Positions 23,342 through 35,868 of a DNA stretch of 64,000 nt are shown here, piece after piece. The translations under genes were made by a program, and so were the position numbers. Location: NCBI RefSeq assembly GCF_902713615.1, contig NC_052150.1:86509270-86573269 (forward strand), given 5' to 3'. Each line of letters begins with the position of its first letter. Position 1 is the stretch's first letter. The DNA is from Scyliorhinus canicula. Lineage: Eukaryota. A model generated the notes under the pieces. That model was not told the origin of the DNA. It worked only from the letters and a program-made list of their open reading frames with translations, and made no database searches.

Positions 23342-24040
23342 GGGTGGGGCAGGGGTTCCCGGCGGGACGGAGTGGCGTGAACCACTCCGGCGTCGGCCCG
23401 CCCCAAAGGTGGGGAATTCTCCGCACCTTCAGGGCTAGGGCAGTGCAGGAGTGGTTTCCGCCCCGCCGGCTGGCGTGGAAGCCCTTTGGCGCCACGCCAG
23501 CCGGGGCTGAAGGGACTCCGCCGGCTGGCCCGAGTCCACGCATATGTGGGAGTGTCAACGGCTGCTGATGTCGTCCCCACACATGCACGTGGGGGTTCAC
23601 CTACGCGTCGGCCATTGCGGAGGCTGACATGGCCATCGCGTAGGAAAAGAATGCTCCCACGGCCCGCCCGCAGATCGGTGGGTCCCGATCGCGGGCCAGG
23701 CCACCGTGGGGCCACCCCCTGGGGACAGATCGCCCCGCGCCCCCCCCCCCCCACCCCCCAGGACCCTGGAGCCCGTGCCCGCCGCCAGGTCCCGCCGGTA
23801 AGGGACCTAGTCTAATTTACACCGGCGGGACTGGCAAAGAACCAGCGGGACTTCGGGCCATCGCGGGCCAGAGAATAAGCGGGGGGGGGGGGCGGGGGGG
23901 GCGTTGTGAGCGGCCGCCGAAGCGCAATTCCCGCCCCGCTGAATCTCTGGTGCCGGAGAATTTGGCGGACGGCGGGAGCAGAATTCACGCCCCCCCCCCG
24001 GCGATTCTCCGACCCAGCGAGGGGTCAGAGAATCCCGCCC
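23342..24040 (+). mobile_element. Harbinger-type MITE, family A copy 2
   Basis: Right TIR gagaatcccgccc; 3-bp TSD ctg on both sides; left TIR degraded. Confidence 0.8.
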
Positions 24041-25649
24041 CTGGTGTCAACAACTCATTTGAGTAGTCTAGGGCTCAAATGTCAACAAGTTTACAAGAAT
24101 TATTTGTTAATTCACTTGTGTTGCAACTCTGGGTCGAGGGGGTCTGGAATTGACCGCGTGCTCACCCAGGGTTTGTAACATTGGTAAATTATTTTATTTT
24201 TCCAAATTTGTACATGTCTGTAAGGAGATAGCTGGGCTAAAGGAATTGTGAATATTTGAATCATTTTCTTGTGTTTGTATTGTGTTCTTTCCAACCTTTT
24301 TGCCTGGTGAAGAATAGTTCTGTTTTTCCTGTTTACTAAATGTTTTACTCTTTATGTTAAAAGATCATCAGTAAGCTTCTATGAATTTGTTCAGTAATTT
24401 TCTTCCATGGTTTCTAAAAAAAACAAAGTTAGGGTCAATCGAATTAGGTTTCATTCTGGGATATGACTTATCCAGTATTAATATCAGCTGGGTTCATAAG
24501 AATACTATTTACTTTACGAATATTGAAGTTTATTTTAAATTGTTCCTTCCAAAGCTACATTCAATGTTTGCTGGTCACTCCCTGGTCAAGCTTGTTCAGA
24601 CTGTCTCCGGAAACCAGTTGAAATGGCAGACACAGCAATGAGTCTATCGCACCTAGTGTTGCTCCTTGGGCACCTGATGAAATGGGCGTCAAACTAATGG
24701 GCCTGAGAATATGCAGTGGAAATCTATCTCAGTCACATAGAATAATTGACGATATTTAATGCCACCCACCCCCAACTCCCAACCACCTGGAAGCAGGCAG
24801 CAAGGCAAGAGTGGCATAAACTGGGGAAGGAAGGCTCAAGGTGGAGAGCGTGTCGCTATCTCAACTCCGCCCAATAAGTCCATAGCAGAAAGGCCCCAGG
24901 CTGGCCTTCCCACCCAGAGGTCAATTGTGGTCTTAAGTAGGCATTTAATTGAGTGGTATTCTACCAGAAACTGAGGAACCTTTCAGCAGCCTCAAGAGGT
25001 GCCCATCCTGTTTGTGTACCCTTGGCACAACAGAGGGACATATAAGCAGCAAGGGACATCTCGCACTTCAAACAGATCCCTCTCACTGGGACCTGCCTGA
25101 CTGGTCTTAGGGAGGCAATCCCATGTATTTCTGCTCCAGAGCTCCGAAGCTGTTCCTCATCCTGGGATCTCCTGCAGGACCAACAGCGACCACTGCCCCC
25201 AGTGCTGCTGCTGGTATCGAAGAGTTGTCAGATCTGATTGGCCAGCAGCTCTGGAGATGGGAAACCCAACGCTGACCAGATAGATTCCTGAGAGGCTTTT
25301 AATTCCATCAGGGCACTGGGAATGGCTGCAGCAAAACTCAGCAGTAAATGGCCTACCACAGCGACCAATAAATCCAACCCAACTGGCTAAACATATAGCA
25401 ACATGACTCAATTGATTTTTAAATATTAATTATACAGATGTTTGACAAAGTATTAATAGCATAATTAATTGTTCTATCTGCAGCAATGTTAATTAAAGAA
25501 TTCCACAGTTGTAAGGAAATTTTGGAACCATTTGTCTGGTCTATATTTGGTGCATTCACACATTTGGAAAACTTTCCCATTTCTGGCATTATCTATCATC
25601 AGTGAAATCATGCCAACTACCATTCTGTCTTTCTCTTGCTGTTTCACTT

Positions 25650-25770
25650 GGGGGAGTATGTTCCCGTCGCTCTCATCAGTGGGATCTTCCAGCCCTGCCG
25701 ACGGCGAACCACTGCTGCAGATTTCTCAGCGACGGGGGGTGGATTCAAAGGGAAATCCCACTGACAGCTG
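25650..25770 (-). mobile_element. Degraded copy of the small element at 4882-4996
   Basis: caaagggaaatcccactgacag approximates the reverse complement of ctgtcaatgggatttcccattg. Confidence 0.55.
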
Positions 25771-26005
25771 TACAGCTCAATAGTCAGTTCCCTGGGCTAT
25801 ACTTGCATCCATTATTATTAAGTGGTATCCTTTAAGACATTGCTAATTTAATGTACTGACTCCTTCAATGAGCTGGTATAAAGTCCACTGGGCAAATGTC
25901 TTCCTCTTTTTAATATTCTTAGCTTGTCTACCACTTCTTTGTGGGCAATGGCTTTTTAATCTATGAGCCATGCATTCTTTGCTATTTGTGTGTATAAGAT
26001 ACCAT

Positions 26006-27324
26006 GGGCAGGATTCTCTGATCCTGAGGCGAAGTGTTGACGCCGTTGTAAACTGCGGATCACGGCATCAGATGGGCGCCACGGGTCTGCGCATGCGCAG
26101 TGGGACCGGCACGATTGCCGTGCATGTGCGGTGGCTCCCTTCTCCGTGCCAGCCCCGATGCAACATGGCATTGGGCTACAGGGGCCGGCGCAGAACAAAC
26201 GAGGCCCCAGCCCGAGAGGCTGACCCGCCGATCAGTAGGTCCCGATCACGGGCCAGGCCACAGTGGAGGCCCCCCCTGGGGCCGGGCCCGCCCGGGGTCA
26301 GAACCCCCGCCCCCAGGCTGCCCCCGGATGCATACACGCCGAGGTCCGGCCGGGTAAGAGCAGGTGTGAATGGCGCCGGCAGGACTCGGGTTATTTTGCT
26401 TGGCCGCTCGGCTCATCCCGGGCGGAGAATCGCTGGGGGCGGAGGGGGGGGGGGCGGCGGCGCTTATGAGGGATATGGGGGAGGGGGGATATGGGGAACA
26501 TGGGGAAGGGGGTGGGGACGTGGGTGGCTCACTTGCTGGCGGGCCCCCGAACTCTGCATCGGCAACCTCCCAGTCCTCAGGTCCGCCTGCCAGTTCCAGG
26601 GCCCTTTCCTCATGGACGGTGAGTGGTCTCTCATCAGCTGTGCGCCCCTCCAGTCCTCTGACACTCCCTGTTGTGTGCGCGCTTCTCCTGTGGGTGGCAG
26701 GGGTAAAGGGCAACAGTGTTAGACAGGTATATGACTGCATGACAGTGGTTGCGTGTATATTGGCAGAGGTGCGCAGCACATTAGGGTTAAGGTTGGGTTA
26801 GCATTATCGGGGGGTTACCCTGGCTGCCCTGACGAGGTCGTTGACCTTCTAGTTGCACTGGGTGCCTATCCTCGGTGTCACAGCCACAGCACTGACGGCC
26901 TCTGCCACCTCCCTCCACAGGCGCCGGCTGAGGCGTGGGGCGACCCTGCGGCCATGTCCGGGGTACAGGGCCTCCCTCCTCTCTTGTACTGCACCCAGGA
27001 GCACCTCGATGTCGCGCTCCTGGAACTTCGGGGCTGCGCGGCGGCCGGCCATCTTTGCGGGTCTTCCGGGGCAGGACACACACACACACACACACACACT
27101 GTCTTTTGTGCTGTGACGCCGAGCAGCGTTGATTATGCCGCGCGGCGTCAAGTGATGCGGTGCGTCCACGGCGGGTGACGCCGTCGCAAATGGCATCACG
27201 CCGCTGCTAGCACATTCGGGCCCGGAGACTTTGCGACCTTTGAGGGGGCCCGGCGCCGGAGTGATGTGCGCCGTTTTTGACGCCTGGTCCCGGCCATCGC
27301 GCCGGTTTTCGGAGAATCCCGCCA
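26006..27324 (-). mobile_element. Internally deleted Harbinger retaining Myb/SANT exons 1-2
   Basis: TIRs gggcaggattctc / gagaatcccgcca; 3-bp TSD cat; no transposase. Confidence 0.88.
26533..27052 (-). pseudogene. Harbinger Myb/SANT (NAIF1-like) protein, exon 1 27052-26819, exon 2 26687-26533
   Basis: MAGRRAAPKFQERDIEVLLGAVQERREALYP..LWREVAEAVSAVAVTPRIGTQCN*KVNDLVRAAR|gtaacc...cacag|EKRAHN /fs/ ADERPLTVHEERALELAG; one nonsense codon and one frameshift. Confidence 0.85.
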
Positions 27325-27540
27325 CATATATATGCAAATTTAATTTCATGTGATTTTTTTGCTTTCTTTTAGCTGATGTGGATTGTAGGTTGTCCTGTAG
27401 CAGGAAAAATGAAATGAATAAATTGCTCTCTTCCAAGGTGCTTCAGCGTTTAATATATCAGAGTACAATTTAGCATCTACTAAGGTGACGATTGTGTAAT
27501 TTGAGCTGTGACCTTCTTTTTATCTGTACAATGAGCCAAA

Positions 27541-27764
27541 GACAGCAACACTAAGCAGGACAATGGTCCTAGATGGCAACAAAATTAAAATCTGGTGTTT
27601 TATAGCAACTGTCTTATTTCTGGGGGTCTTGTTTTCAAGCCAGAATGAGTAATCTAGGACTGTGTGTGACTTGTGTCATGGATTTGCCTAGCAACAGCAG
27701 TAATACAAATTTAACAAGACATAATGTGACCTACCTAGCAACAGGTATAAATCTGCATAGCGAC
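27541..27764 (+). promoter_or_regulatory. Cluster of RFX X-box-like motifs (candidate enhancer/promoter)
   Basis: atggcaac 27573, gttttatagcaac 27597, tttgcctagcaac 27683, cctacctagcaac 27730, tctgcatagcgac 27752, all in the same orientation in non-repetitive-looking sequence. Confidence 0.5.
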
Positions 27765-28686
27765 AGGAATAGCCAGTATCCAAAGATGCGTCTCTCCCAC
27801 CAACAAGATTGGAAGGCATTTTGATAGAATCTGATGTGAATAGCTTATTGGTGGGCGCGAGTCACAGTGATTTGGTTCAGCATTGTTAGGGTCTTTCTTC
27901 GTTTGGAGGTTAAGTTGGCTGGAGGAGTAAGGTGCCCTCCACCAAGTGGTCTCATATAGGAACTTCCAGACTGTCCTCCTTCTTGAGGCTTTGGCTCCCC
28001 TGGGGAAGCAGTGTCCTCTTTCTTGAGGCTTTGCTGTTCTGTCTTTGATATCGTTTTTGCAAAGGTGACGTTGCTAGACCTTGTTTGACGTTTATTGGCT
28101 GGTCCTGGTGTTCCTCTCTTTCTAGCATTTCCGTAGCTTTTATCTGGGTACGTGATGCGCTGATACAGGCTCTGATTTGTTATATTTAGTTTTACTGAGT
28201 TTCCCTTATCGTGTCAGGGGTGGGAGGGAGAGTTGTGTCCCCTCCTGAGAGACCCTGTTGATAGGTGTTTTGACGATTCTTCTTCTCCTTATTGGTGGGG
28301 TTTCCTCGGTGGAGGATGGTGCAAGTCTCCCAATGTCGGCGGGGCCTGAGCGGTGCCTCTGATTTGAAGAGGAGGTCTGTTGTGTAGCGGGTCTTGGAAT
28401 AGGGTAAGTATCCTTGGTTTACTGCGTCCTGTGTACAAGAGTATACAACGTCAAACCATATAAGTATCCCATTGTTTACTTTCACTGGGAGTATCCTTTC
28501 ATTGCCTAGACGTCTTGGGAGTTAGGTTTTGAATGGGTGGCTTTGTCTTATAGATGGGCATGCACCATCGGACCATGTGCTCATGGCTCTATCCTGATAT
28601 CCTGTCATCCTCAGATTCCCTGCTCTTTGTGCTATCTTTTTATCTTGTTGTTGTCTGTATGAAGGGAAACGCCAATCACAATTATT

Positions 28687-29035
28687 ACATAGAACATAGA
28701 ACAGTACAGCACAGAACAGGCCCTTCGGCCCTCAATGTTGTGCCGAGCCATGATCACCCTACTCAAACCCACGAATCCACCCTATACCCGTAACCCAACA
28801 ACCGCCCCCCCCAACCTTACTTTTATTAGGACACTACCGGCAATTTAGCATGGCCAATCCACCTAACCCGCACGTCTTTGGACTGTGGGAGGAAACCGGA
28901 GCACCCGGAGGAAACCCACGCACACAGGGGGAGGACGTGCAGACTCCACACAGACAGTGACCCAGCCGGGAATCGAACCTGGGATCCTGGAGCTGTGAAG
29001 CATTTATGCTAACCACCATGCTACCCTGCTGCCCC
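28687..29035 (-). mobile_element. HE1-like tRNA-derived SINE with CR1-type tail
   Basis: A/B boxes on the minus strand (gggcagca..tggttagca, ggttcgattcc), conserved core, tail gagggccgaagggcctgttctgtgctgta(ctatgtt)n. Confidence 0.92.
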
Positions 29036-29074
29036 CTTGCTACCCTGCTTTGAACAAATTGTATGAATATTTGA

Positions 29075-29258
29075 AAAAATGAAATGAAAATCGTTTATTG
29101 TCACAAGTAGACTTCAAATGAAGTTACTGCAAAAAGCCCCTAGTCGCCACGGTCCGGCGCCTATTCAGGGAGGCTGATACGGGAATTGAACCCACGCTGC
29201 TGGCCTCCCTTGGTCTGCTTTAAAAGCCAGCTGTTTAGCCCTGCGCTAGACCAGCCCC
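29075..29258 (-). mobile_element. Short tRNA-derived SINE with gtgacaataaa tail
   Basis: Minus strand ggggctggtctagcgcagggc...ggttcaattcccg...cttgtgacaataaac(atttc)n. Confidence 0.8.
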
Positions 29259-29295
29259 AGCTGGTCTTCTCTGTCTAAATATGTGGAATAATGAT

Positions 29296-29772
29296 TGTCT
29301 TGTTATGCTCTTGGCGTAGCATAAGCTGCTTCCTTGATGTTCACTCTGACAAAGGAAGGCTCAAATGTGGAGATAAATTCAACACGTTTATTAAACTATT
29401 TACAATTCTCCTACTCGGATTCGCCTCTATTGTTAATCCTTCTATAGCTACTCAGACTGACGAACCAGTCTGCTACAATACACGTGGTGGGTGTGATGTT
29501 GAATCAACCATGTGTCTGTACTCACTGAATGTCTCCACTGGAAAGAGGAAGATCATGTGTGCTGTGTCCTTTATATATGGGTTGGTGTAATGCCCTCCTG
29601 TGGTAGTGTCACCTCTGTGTGTATCGTGAATGCCCATTGGTCGTGTCCTATCTTACTGACCTATTGGTTGAGTGTCTATGTGTCATGTCTTTGGTGCTCC
29701 CTCTAGTGTCTAGCTAGTCTACGTGTACTTACATTAACCCCTTGTGTATCTACAGTGATGCATATCACCACA
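29296..29772. mobile_element. Solo LTR, 477 bp
   Basis: tgt...accaca; perfect 5-bp TSD atgat. Confidence 0.85.
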
Positions 29773-30847
29773 ATGATCACAGTACCATAGAAGGTCTTGC
29801 AAATTTGTTGCATCTTTCGGTTATATGTAAAATATCTTTGAATTTTTTCTGTATTTCGTTTCATTATTTTGTGGTTAAAGAACCCTTAACTCACTCCTGC
29901 AGAGGTACAGGCAGGTTTCATATCTGAGGAAAAGATGTTAGAAAATAAATAAAATAATGTGTCTTTGGTGCCTCTGGTATAATTGGAGTTGGGGGAGGTG
30001 TATTTTGGTGTGTGCCTGGGCGTGGCATGGAAACCTTATCCCATATTTTTGTTGGCTGTATGAGCATTCACTCCACATGAAGGCATGTACCACTTTAACA
30101 TGTTTTCATGGCTTTATCCTCTTCCCCCTCATTCTCAATTTATCCATTCATCGTCTTGGCTGGTATAAACGGAGCCGCAAAGATTAATGATTAAGCTGAA
30201 CCAACGGTGTTGGAGTTCCCCTGTCGTTCTAAGTATTTGTATGCTGAAGCATTTCCACTACATTGTACCAGTTTTCAGAGTTTTGTTGCATTATTTGTAA
30301 AAATTGAAAAATTCTAATAAAAATATATATTTTTAAAAATACATTTTGAAAGATTGTTTTCTATCTCTTCAGATTTGGCCATGGATTTTCACTCAGTCGG
30401 GCTAAGGTGGGTGGCACGATTTTAAAAATGACATGCGGATTTAATTCCAGCTTTCCCATCCCCATTCCTGCATCCGGCAAATTTGCTATCGTAGCACACG
30501 GGTGCAGGTAGCATAACCACTTGCACCCTTCAGCCAGCCTATGCCAGCACCCTTGCGGTGAGCAATGCCCTCCACTACCCCCCCCCTCCCCCCCAACAAT
30601 TTTGATGGAATCAGATCCCTCCCATTAGGAGGCATGCCTCAGAGAAATAGTATGCCATTGGTGGAGTCCTAATCCAAAGTGGGGGGGGGAAAGTCCCTGC
30701 ACCTAGAATTATTTGATTGACAAGCCATTTGTTTTGAAATAGAATTTTTTTAAATTTCAGTTTCAATAGACTCCATTGGTTGAAACGGTAAGGGTTTGCT
30801 TTGCCATCTTAGCCTATTGTGAATGTTTGGCTGAGTGTCTAAAGCTT

Positions 30848-31163
30848 ATAGAACGAACATACAGTGCAGAAGGAGGCCATTCGGCCAATCGAGTCTGTAC
30901 CGACCCACTTAAGCCCTCACTTCCACCCTATCCCCACAACCCAATAACCCTTCCTAAACTCTTTGGACACTTAAGGGCAATTTAGCATGGCCAATCCACC
31001 TAACCTGCACGTCTTTGGACTGTGGGAGGAAACCGGAACACCCGGAAGAAACCCACGCACACACGGGGAGAATGTGCAGACAGTGACCCAAGCTGGGAAT
31101 CTAACCTGGGATTCTGGCGCTGTGAAGCCACAGTGCTAGCCATGTGTGCTACCATGCTGCCCT
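30848..31163 (-). mobile_element. HE1-like SINE
   Basis: Same head, core and tail as the other copies. Confidence 0.9.
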
Positions 31164-31309
31164 ATGAACCACTTATCTCATCAGAAGGTTGAGTACACAA
31201 TTGATTAACAGTTTTAAGAGGTCCTTAAATGACTATCTATTACTGTTGTGGTTGCTGAATAGATATTTGTTTGCTTTTACAGCTGAACAATCACTTAAGA
31301 TGGCTTAGC

Positions 31310-34300
31310 CTTTCCTGGATAATTGGGGCTCATTCTGGGGTAGGTGGGACCTCTACAAACAGGATGGTCTTCACCTGAACCAGAGGGGTACCAATATCCT
31401 GGAGGGGAGATTTGATAGTGCTCTTCGGGGGGGGTTTAAACTAATTCAGCAGGGGGATGGGAACCTAAATTGTAGTCCCAGTGTACAGGGCGTTGAGAGC
31501 AGTGAGGTCAGGGATAGGGTTAAAAGTTCGAAAGAGGGCACCAGCAAGCAAGACACTGGTTTGAAGTGTTTCTACTTCAAAGCCAGGAGCATCCAGAATA
31601 AGGTGGGTGAGCTTGCAGCATGGGTTGGTACCTGGGATCTCGATGTTGTGGCGATTTCAGAGACATGGGTAGAGCAGGGACAGGAATGGTTGTTGCAGGT
31701 TCCAGGATTTAGATGTTTCTGTAAGAACAGAGAAGATGGTAAAAGAGGGGGGGTGTGGCATTGTTAATCAAGGAAAGTATTACGGCGGTAGAAAGGACGT
31801 TTGAGGACTCGTCTACTGAGGTAGTATGGGCCGAGGTTAGGAACAGGAGAGGAGAGGTCACCCTGTTGGGAGTTGTCTATAGACCTCCGAATAGTTCCAG
31901 AGATGTAGAGGAAAGGATTGCAAAGATGATTCTCGACAGGAGCGAGTGTAACAGGGTAGTTGTTATGGGGGACTTTAACTTTCCAAATATTGACTGGAAA
32001 TACTATAGTTCGAGTACTATAGATGGGTCAGTTTTTGTGCAGTGTGTGCAGGAGGATTTTCTGACACAGTATGTAGACAGGCCAACAAGGGGCGAGGCCA
32101 CATTGGATTAGGTACTGGGTAATGAACCCGGCCAGGTGTTAGATTTAGATGTAGGTGAGCACTTTGGTGATAGTGATCACAACTCGGTTATGTTTAATTT
32201 AGCAATGGGCAAGGATAGGTATATACCGCAAGGCAAGAATTATAGCTGGGGGAAAGGCAATTATGATGCTATTCGGCAAGATTTAGGATGTATAGGATGG
32301 GGAAGGAAACTGCAGGGGATGGGTACAATCGAAATGTGGAGCTTTTTCAAGGAACAGCTACTGCGTGTCCTTGAATAGTATGTACCTGTCAGGCAGGGAG
32401 GAAGTTGTCGAGCAAGAGAACCGTGGTTTACTAAGGAAGTTGAAGCACTTGTCAAGAGGAAGAAGAAGGCTTATGTTAGGATGAGACATGAAGGCTCAGT
32501 TAGGGCACTTGAGAGTTACAAGTTAGCCAGGAAGGACCTAAAGCGAGAGTTAAGAAGAGCGAGGAGAGGACACGAAAAGTTGTTGGCGGATAGGATCAAG
32601 CAAAACCCTAAGGCTTTCTATAGGTATATCAGGAACAAAAGAATGACTAGAGTAAAATTAGGGCCAATCAAGGATAGTAGTGGAAAGTTGTGTGTGGAAT
32701 CAGAGGAGATAGGGGAAGCGTTAAATGGATATTTTTTATCAGTGTTTACACTGGAGAAAGACAATGTTGTCGAGGAGAATACTCAGGTTCAGTCGACCAG
32801 GCTAGATGGAATTGAGGTTCAAAAGGAGGAGGTGTTATCAATTTTGGAAAAATGTCAAAATAGATAAGTCCCCTGGGCCAGATGGGATTTATCCTAGGAT
32901 TCTCTCGGAAGCCAGGGAGGAGATTGCAGAGCCTTTGTCCTTGATCTTTATGTCGTCTTTGTCGACAGGAATAGTGCCGGAAGACTGGAGGATAGCAAAT
33001 GTTGTCCCCTTGTTCAAGAAGGGGAGTAGAGACAACCCTGGTAATTATAGACCTGTGAGCCTTACTTCGGTTGTGGGTAAAATGTTGGAAAAGGTTATAA
33101 GAGATAGGGTTTATAATCATCTTGAAAAGAACAAGTTGATTAGCGATAGTCAACACGGTTTTGTGAAGGGTAGGGCATGCCTCACAAACCTTATTGAGTT
33201 TTTTGAGAAGGTGACCAAACAGGTGGATGAGGGTAAAGCGGTTGATGTGGTGTATATGGATTTCAGTAAGGCGTTTTGATAAGGTTCCCCACAGTAGGCT
33301 ATTGCAGAAAATAAGGAAGTATGGGATTGAAGGTGATTTAGCGGTTTGGATCAGTAATTGGCTAGCTGAAAGAAGACAGAGGGTGGTGGTTGATGGCAAA
33401 TGTTCATCCTGGAGTTCAGTTACTAGTGGTGTACCGCAAGGATCTGTTTTGGGGCCACTGCTGTTTGTCATTTTTATAAATGACCTGGAAGAGGGTGTAG
33501 AAGGATGGGTTAGTAAATTTGCAGATGACACGAAGGTCGGTGGAGTTGTGGATAGTGCTGAAGGATGTTATAGGATACAGAGGGACATAGATAAGCTGCA
33601 GAGCTGAGCTGAGAGGTGGCAGATGGAGTTTAATGCGGAAAAGTGTGAGATGGTTCACTTTGGCAGGAGTAACAGGAATGCAGAGTACTGGGCTAATGGC
33701 AAGATTCTTGGTAGTGTAGATGGACAGAGAGATCTCGGCATCCAGGTACATAAATCCCTGAAAGTTGCCACCCAGGTTAATAGGGCTGTTAAGAAGGCAT
33801 ATGGTGTGCTAGCCTTTATCAGTAGGGGGATTGAGTTTCGGAGCCACAAGGTCATGCTGCAGCTGTACATAACTCTGGTGCGGCCGCTCCTGGAGTACTG
33901 CGTGCAGTTCTGGTCACCACATTATAGGAAGGATGTGGAAACTTTGGAAAGGGTTCAGAGGAGATTTACTAGGATGTTGCCTGGTATGGAGGGAAGGTCT
34001 TACGAGGAAAGGCTCAGGGACTTGAGGTTGTTTTCGTTAGAGAGGAGAAGGCTGAGAGGTGACTTAATAGAGACATATAAGATAGTCAGAGGGTTAGTGG
34101 ACAGTGAGAGTCTTTTTCCTCGGATGGTGATGACCAACACGAGGAGACATAGCTTTAAATTGAGGGGTGGTAGATATAGGACAGATGTCAGAGGCAGTTT
34201 CTTTACTCAGAGAGTAGTAGGGGTGTGGAACGCCCTGCCTGCAACAGTAGTAGACTCGCCAACTTTAAGGGCATTTAAGTGGTCACTGGATGGACATATG

Positions 34301-34409
34301 GATGAAAATGGAATAGTGTAGGTCAGATAGGCTTCAGATGGTTTCACAGGTCAGCACAACATCGAGGGCCGAAGGGCCCGTACTGCGCTGTAATGTTTCT
34401 ATGTTTCTA
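31310..34409 (+). mobile_element. CR1 (HER1-like) LINE: ORF1 esterase C-terminus plus near-complete but disrupted ORF2 (APE + RT) and 3' tail
   Basis: ORF1 YKQDGLHLN; APE ISETW, YRPP, MGDFN, SDHN; [40 protein letters not shown]; stops at 32109, 32376, 33605 and frameshifts at about 31750, 32850, 33275. Confidence 0.96.
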
Positions 34410-35868
34410 AATAGTTCTAGAGTTTGTTTTCAGTATGAAGTGGGTTGAGAGACAGCTTTTATAGAATGTTAAACTTTTAATTTTGTTTCACATCCAGTTC
34501 AAAGAACTCCCAATGCTCCTGAGCATTGTCTAGAATGAATACTGAGTGAAGAAGTTTTTTTGATTGTAACTTCTTAGAATATTCAAGGATTTTTCTATTT
34601 ATAAAAGGGAGCATTATAGTTCACAATATTATATTTGATTAGGTTGCACAAAATTACATTGTCCCAAACCTTTCCAAACAAAATCTATACAGTTTTTAAT
34701 ATAACTTCTCAATTTTCATTTTTTAAATGTGAAAGAAAAGTGATGCCGCTTTTGAAAGATGAAAGTACTTCTCAGCACTGAAAAGGTGGAATTAATTTGA
34801 GTGCTATGATTCCCAGAAGAATTCAAAGTAATCTTGTCAGAACAGGACATCTGGTGCACTACACACGGTGTGATTTTCCTTGAGGATTGCATTAGCTTGC
34901 AAAACAAAATAAATATACACAAGCATAATGTCAGCATTCCTCTATCCAAGACGCCTGTAAATCAGCAAATGCTAACCCAATTCTTTGCATTTCTGATTAT
35001 GTTCAGCTTTAGAAATGCAGAACAAAATGATTTTACAGATTCTATATGACAAGAAGTACTTTTACACTTTTTAAAAACTACAAAGGGCACTTGTTCCAAA
35101 CTTCTCCACAAACTCAATGCATGCTGATCAGGTCTTCTTCAAAGCATATCCTAAATATTGGCTTCCTCTCGTCTGTTGTCAGCACACAATGTGCAAATTG
35201 ACCAATTCTACACATGGCTAAGCAAAACAGGCAGATCAAGATGTGCAATCAACTGCTAATATTCAATTCCTTGGTTCTTGTATGTCAGGACATTCTTTGT
35301 TAATGCTCAGTCACAGGTTAAATTGCTGCCATCTTTATGGGAAAGCATAACATTTGGTAAATATACATGGCAGTGATGTGAAACTCTTTAAATCATTTGC
35401 ATGTGATCTAATTCTGATGGATACACTTTTTGATTTCTATCTACCAGAACAGCAGAAGCATTTCCAAGTATTTCTCTACCTGTAGGATCACTTTCTCAAC
35501 AGAGGTGTTAACTGTCAGTAATTTGTTCATCAGGAGGAATCCTTCCATTATGACTCACTAGACAAAAATTAGGTTGATTGACTGGTGAGCTGCTGTGTTA
35601 AACAGAACATCCCTGAGGATTCCTTCAATTAGGGATCTGCTTTTGATCAGAGTGCAACATTCATCCAATCAGCATCCTGTATTTTCAAACACCAAGGGCT
35701 GCATTTTATGTGCCCGCTCCAGACGTGTTTTCAGCAGGGGGCCGGGGTAGGGGAGGGTGTCCACCTTCCTGCCATAATTTAGGGGGGGGTCTGGTGGGCA
35801 CCGAAATTGACAGCCTGTCCAAGGTGTGGCCCTTTTTTAGTGGTAGCATTCTTGGCTTTGAATTTGAA

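Larger units (their letters stand above)
20573..24502 (+). mobile_element. Probable old LTR-like repeat(s) hosting four younger insertions
   Basis: Starts tgtcatg; LTR-like ends gggtttgtaaca (24180) and gggttcataaga (about 24501). No TSD found and boundaries are uncertain. Confidence 0.35.

Noticed and set aside
18223-26801. Many 70-250 aa Pro/Gly/Arg-rich ORFs
   Set aside because: They overlap on both strands within GC-rich MITEs and have no domains, apart from the Myb exons noted.
27373-27437. Possible small plus-strand exon (ADVDCRLSCSRKNEMNKLLSSK)
   Set aside because: The acceptor is good but the donor is weak (gtgctt), and there is no recognisable homology.
31310-34409. Active CR1 element
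   Set aside because: It is 5'-truncated with at least three stops and three frameshifts in ORF2.
34716-35650. Short ORFs or exon-like stretches in AT-rich unique DNA
   Set aside because: No consistent splice-site and frame combination, and no recognisable protein.
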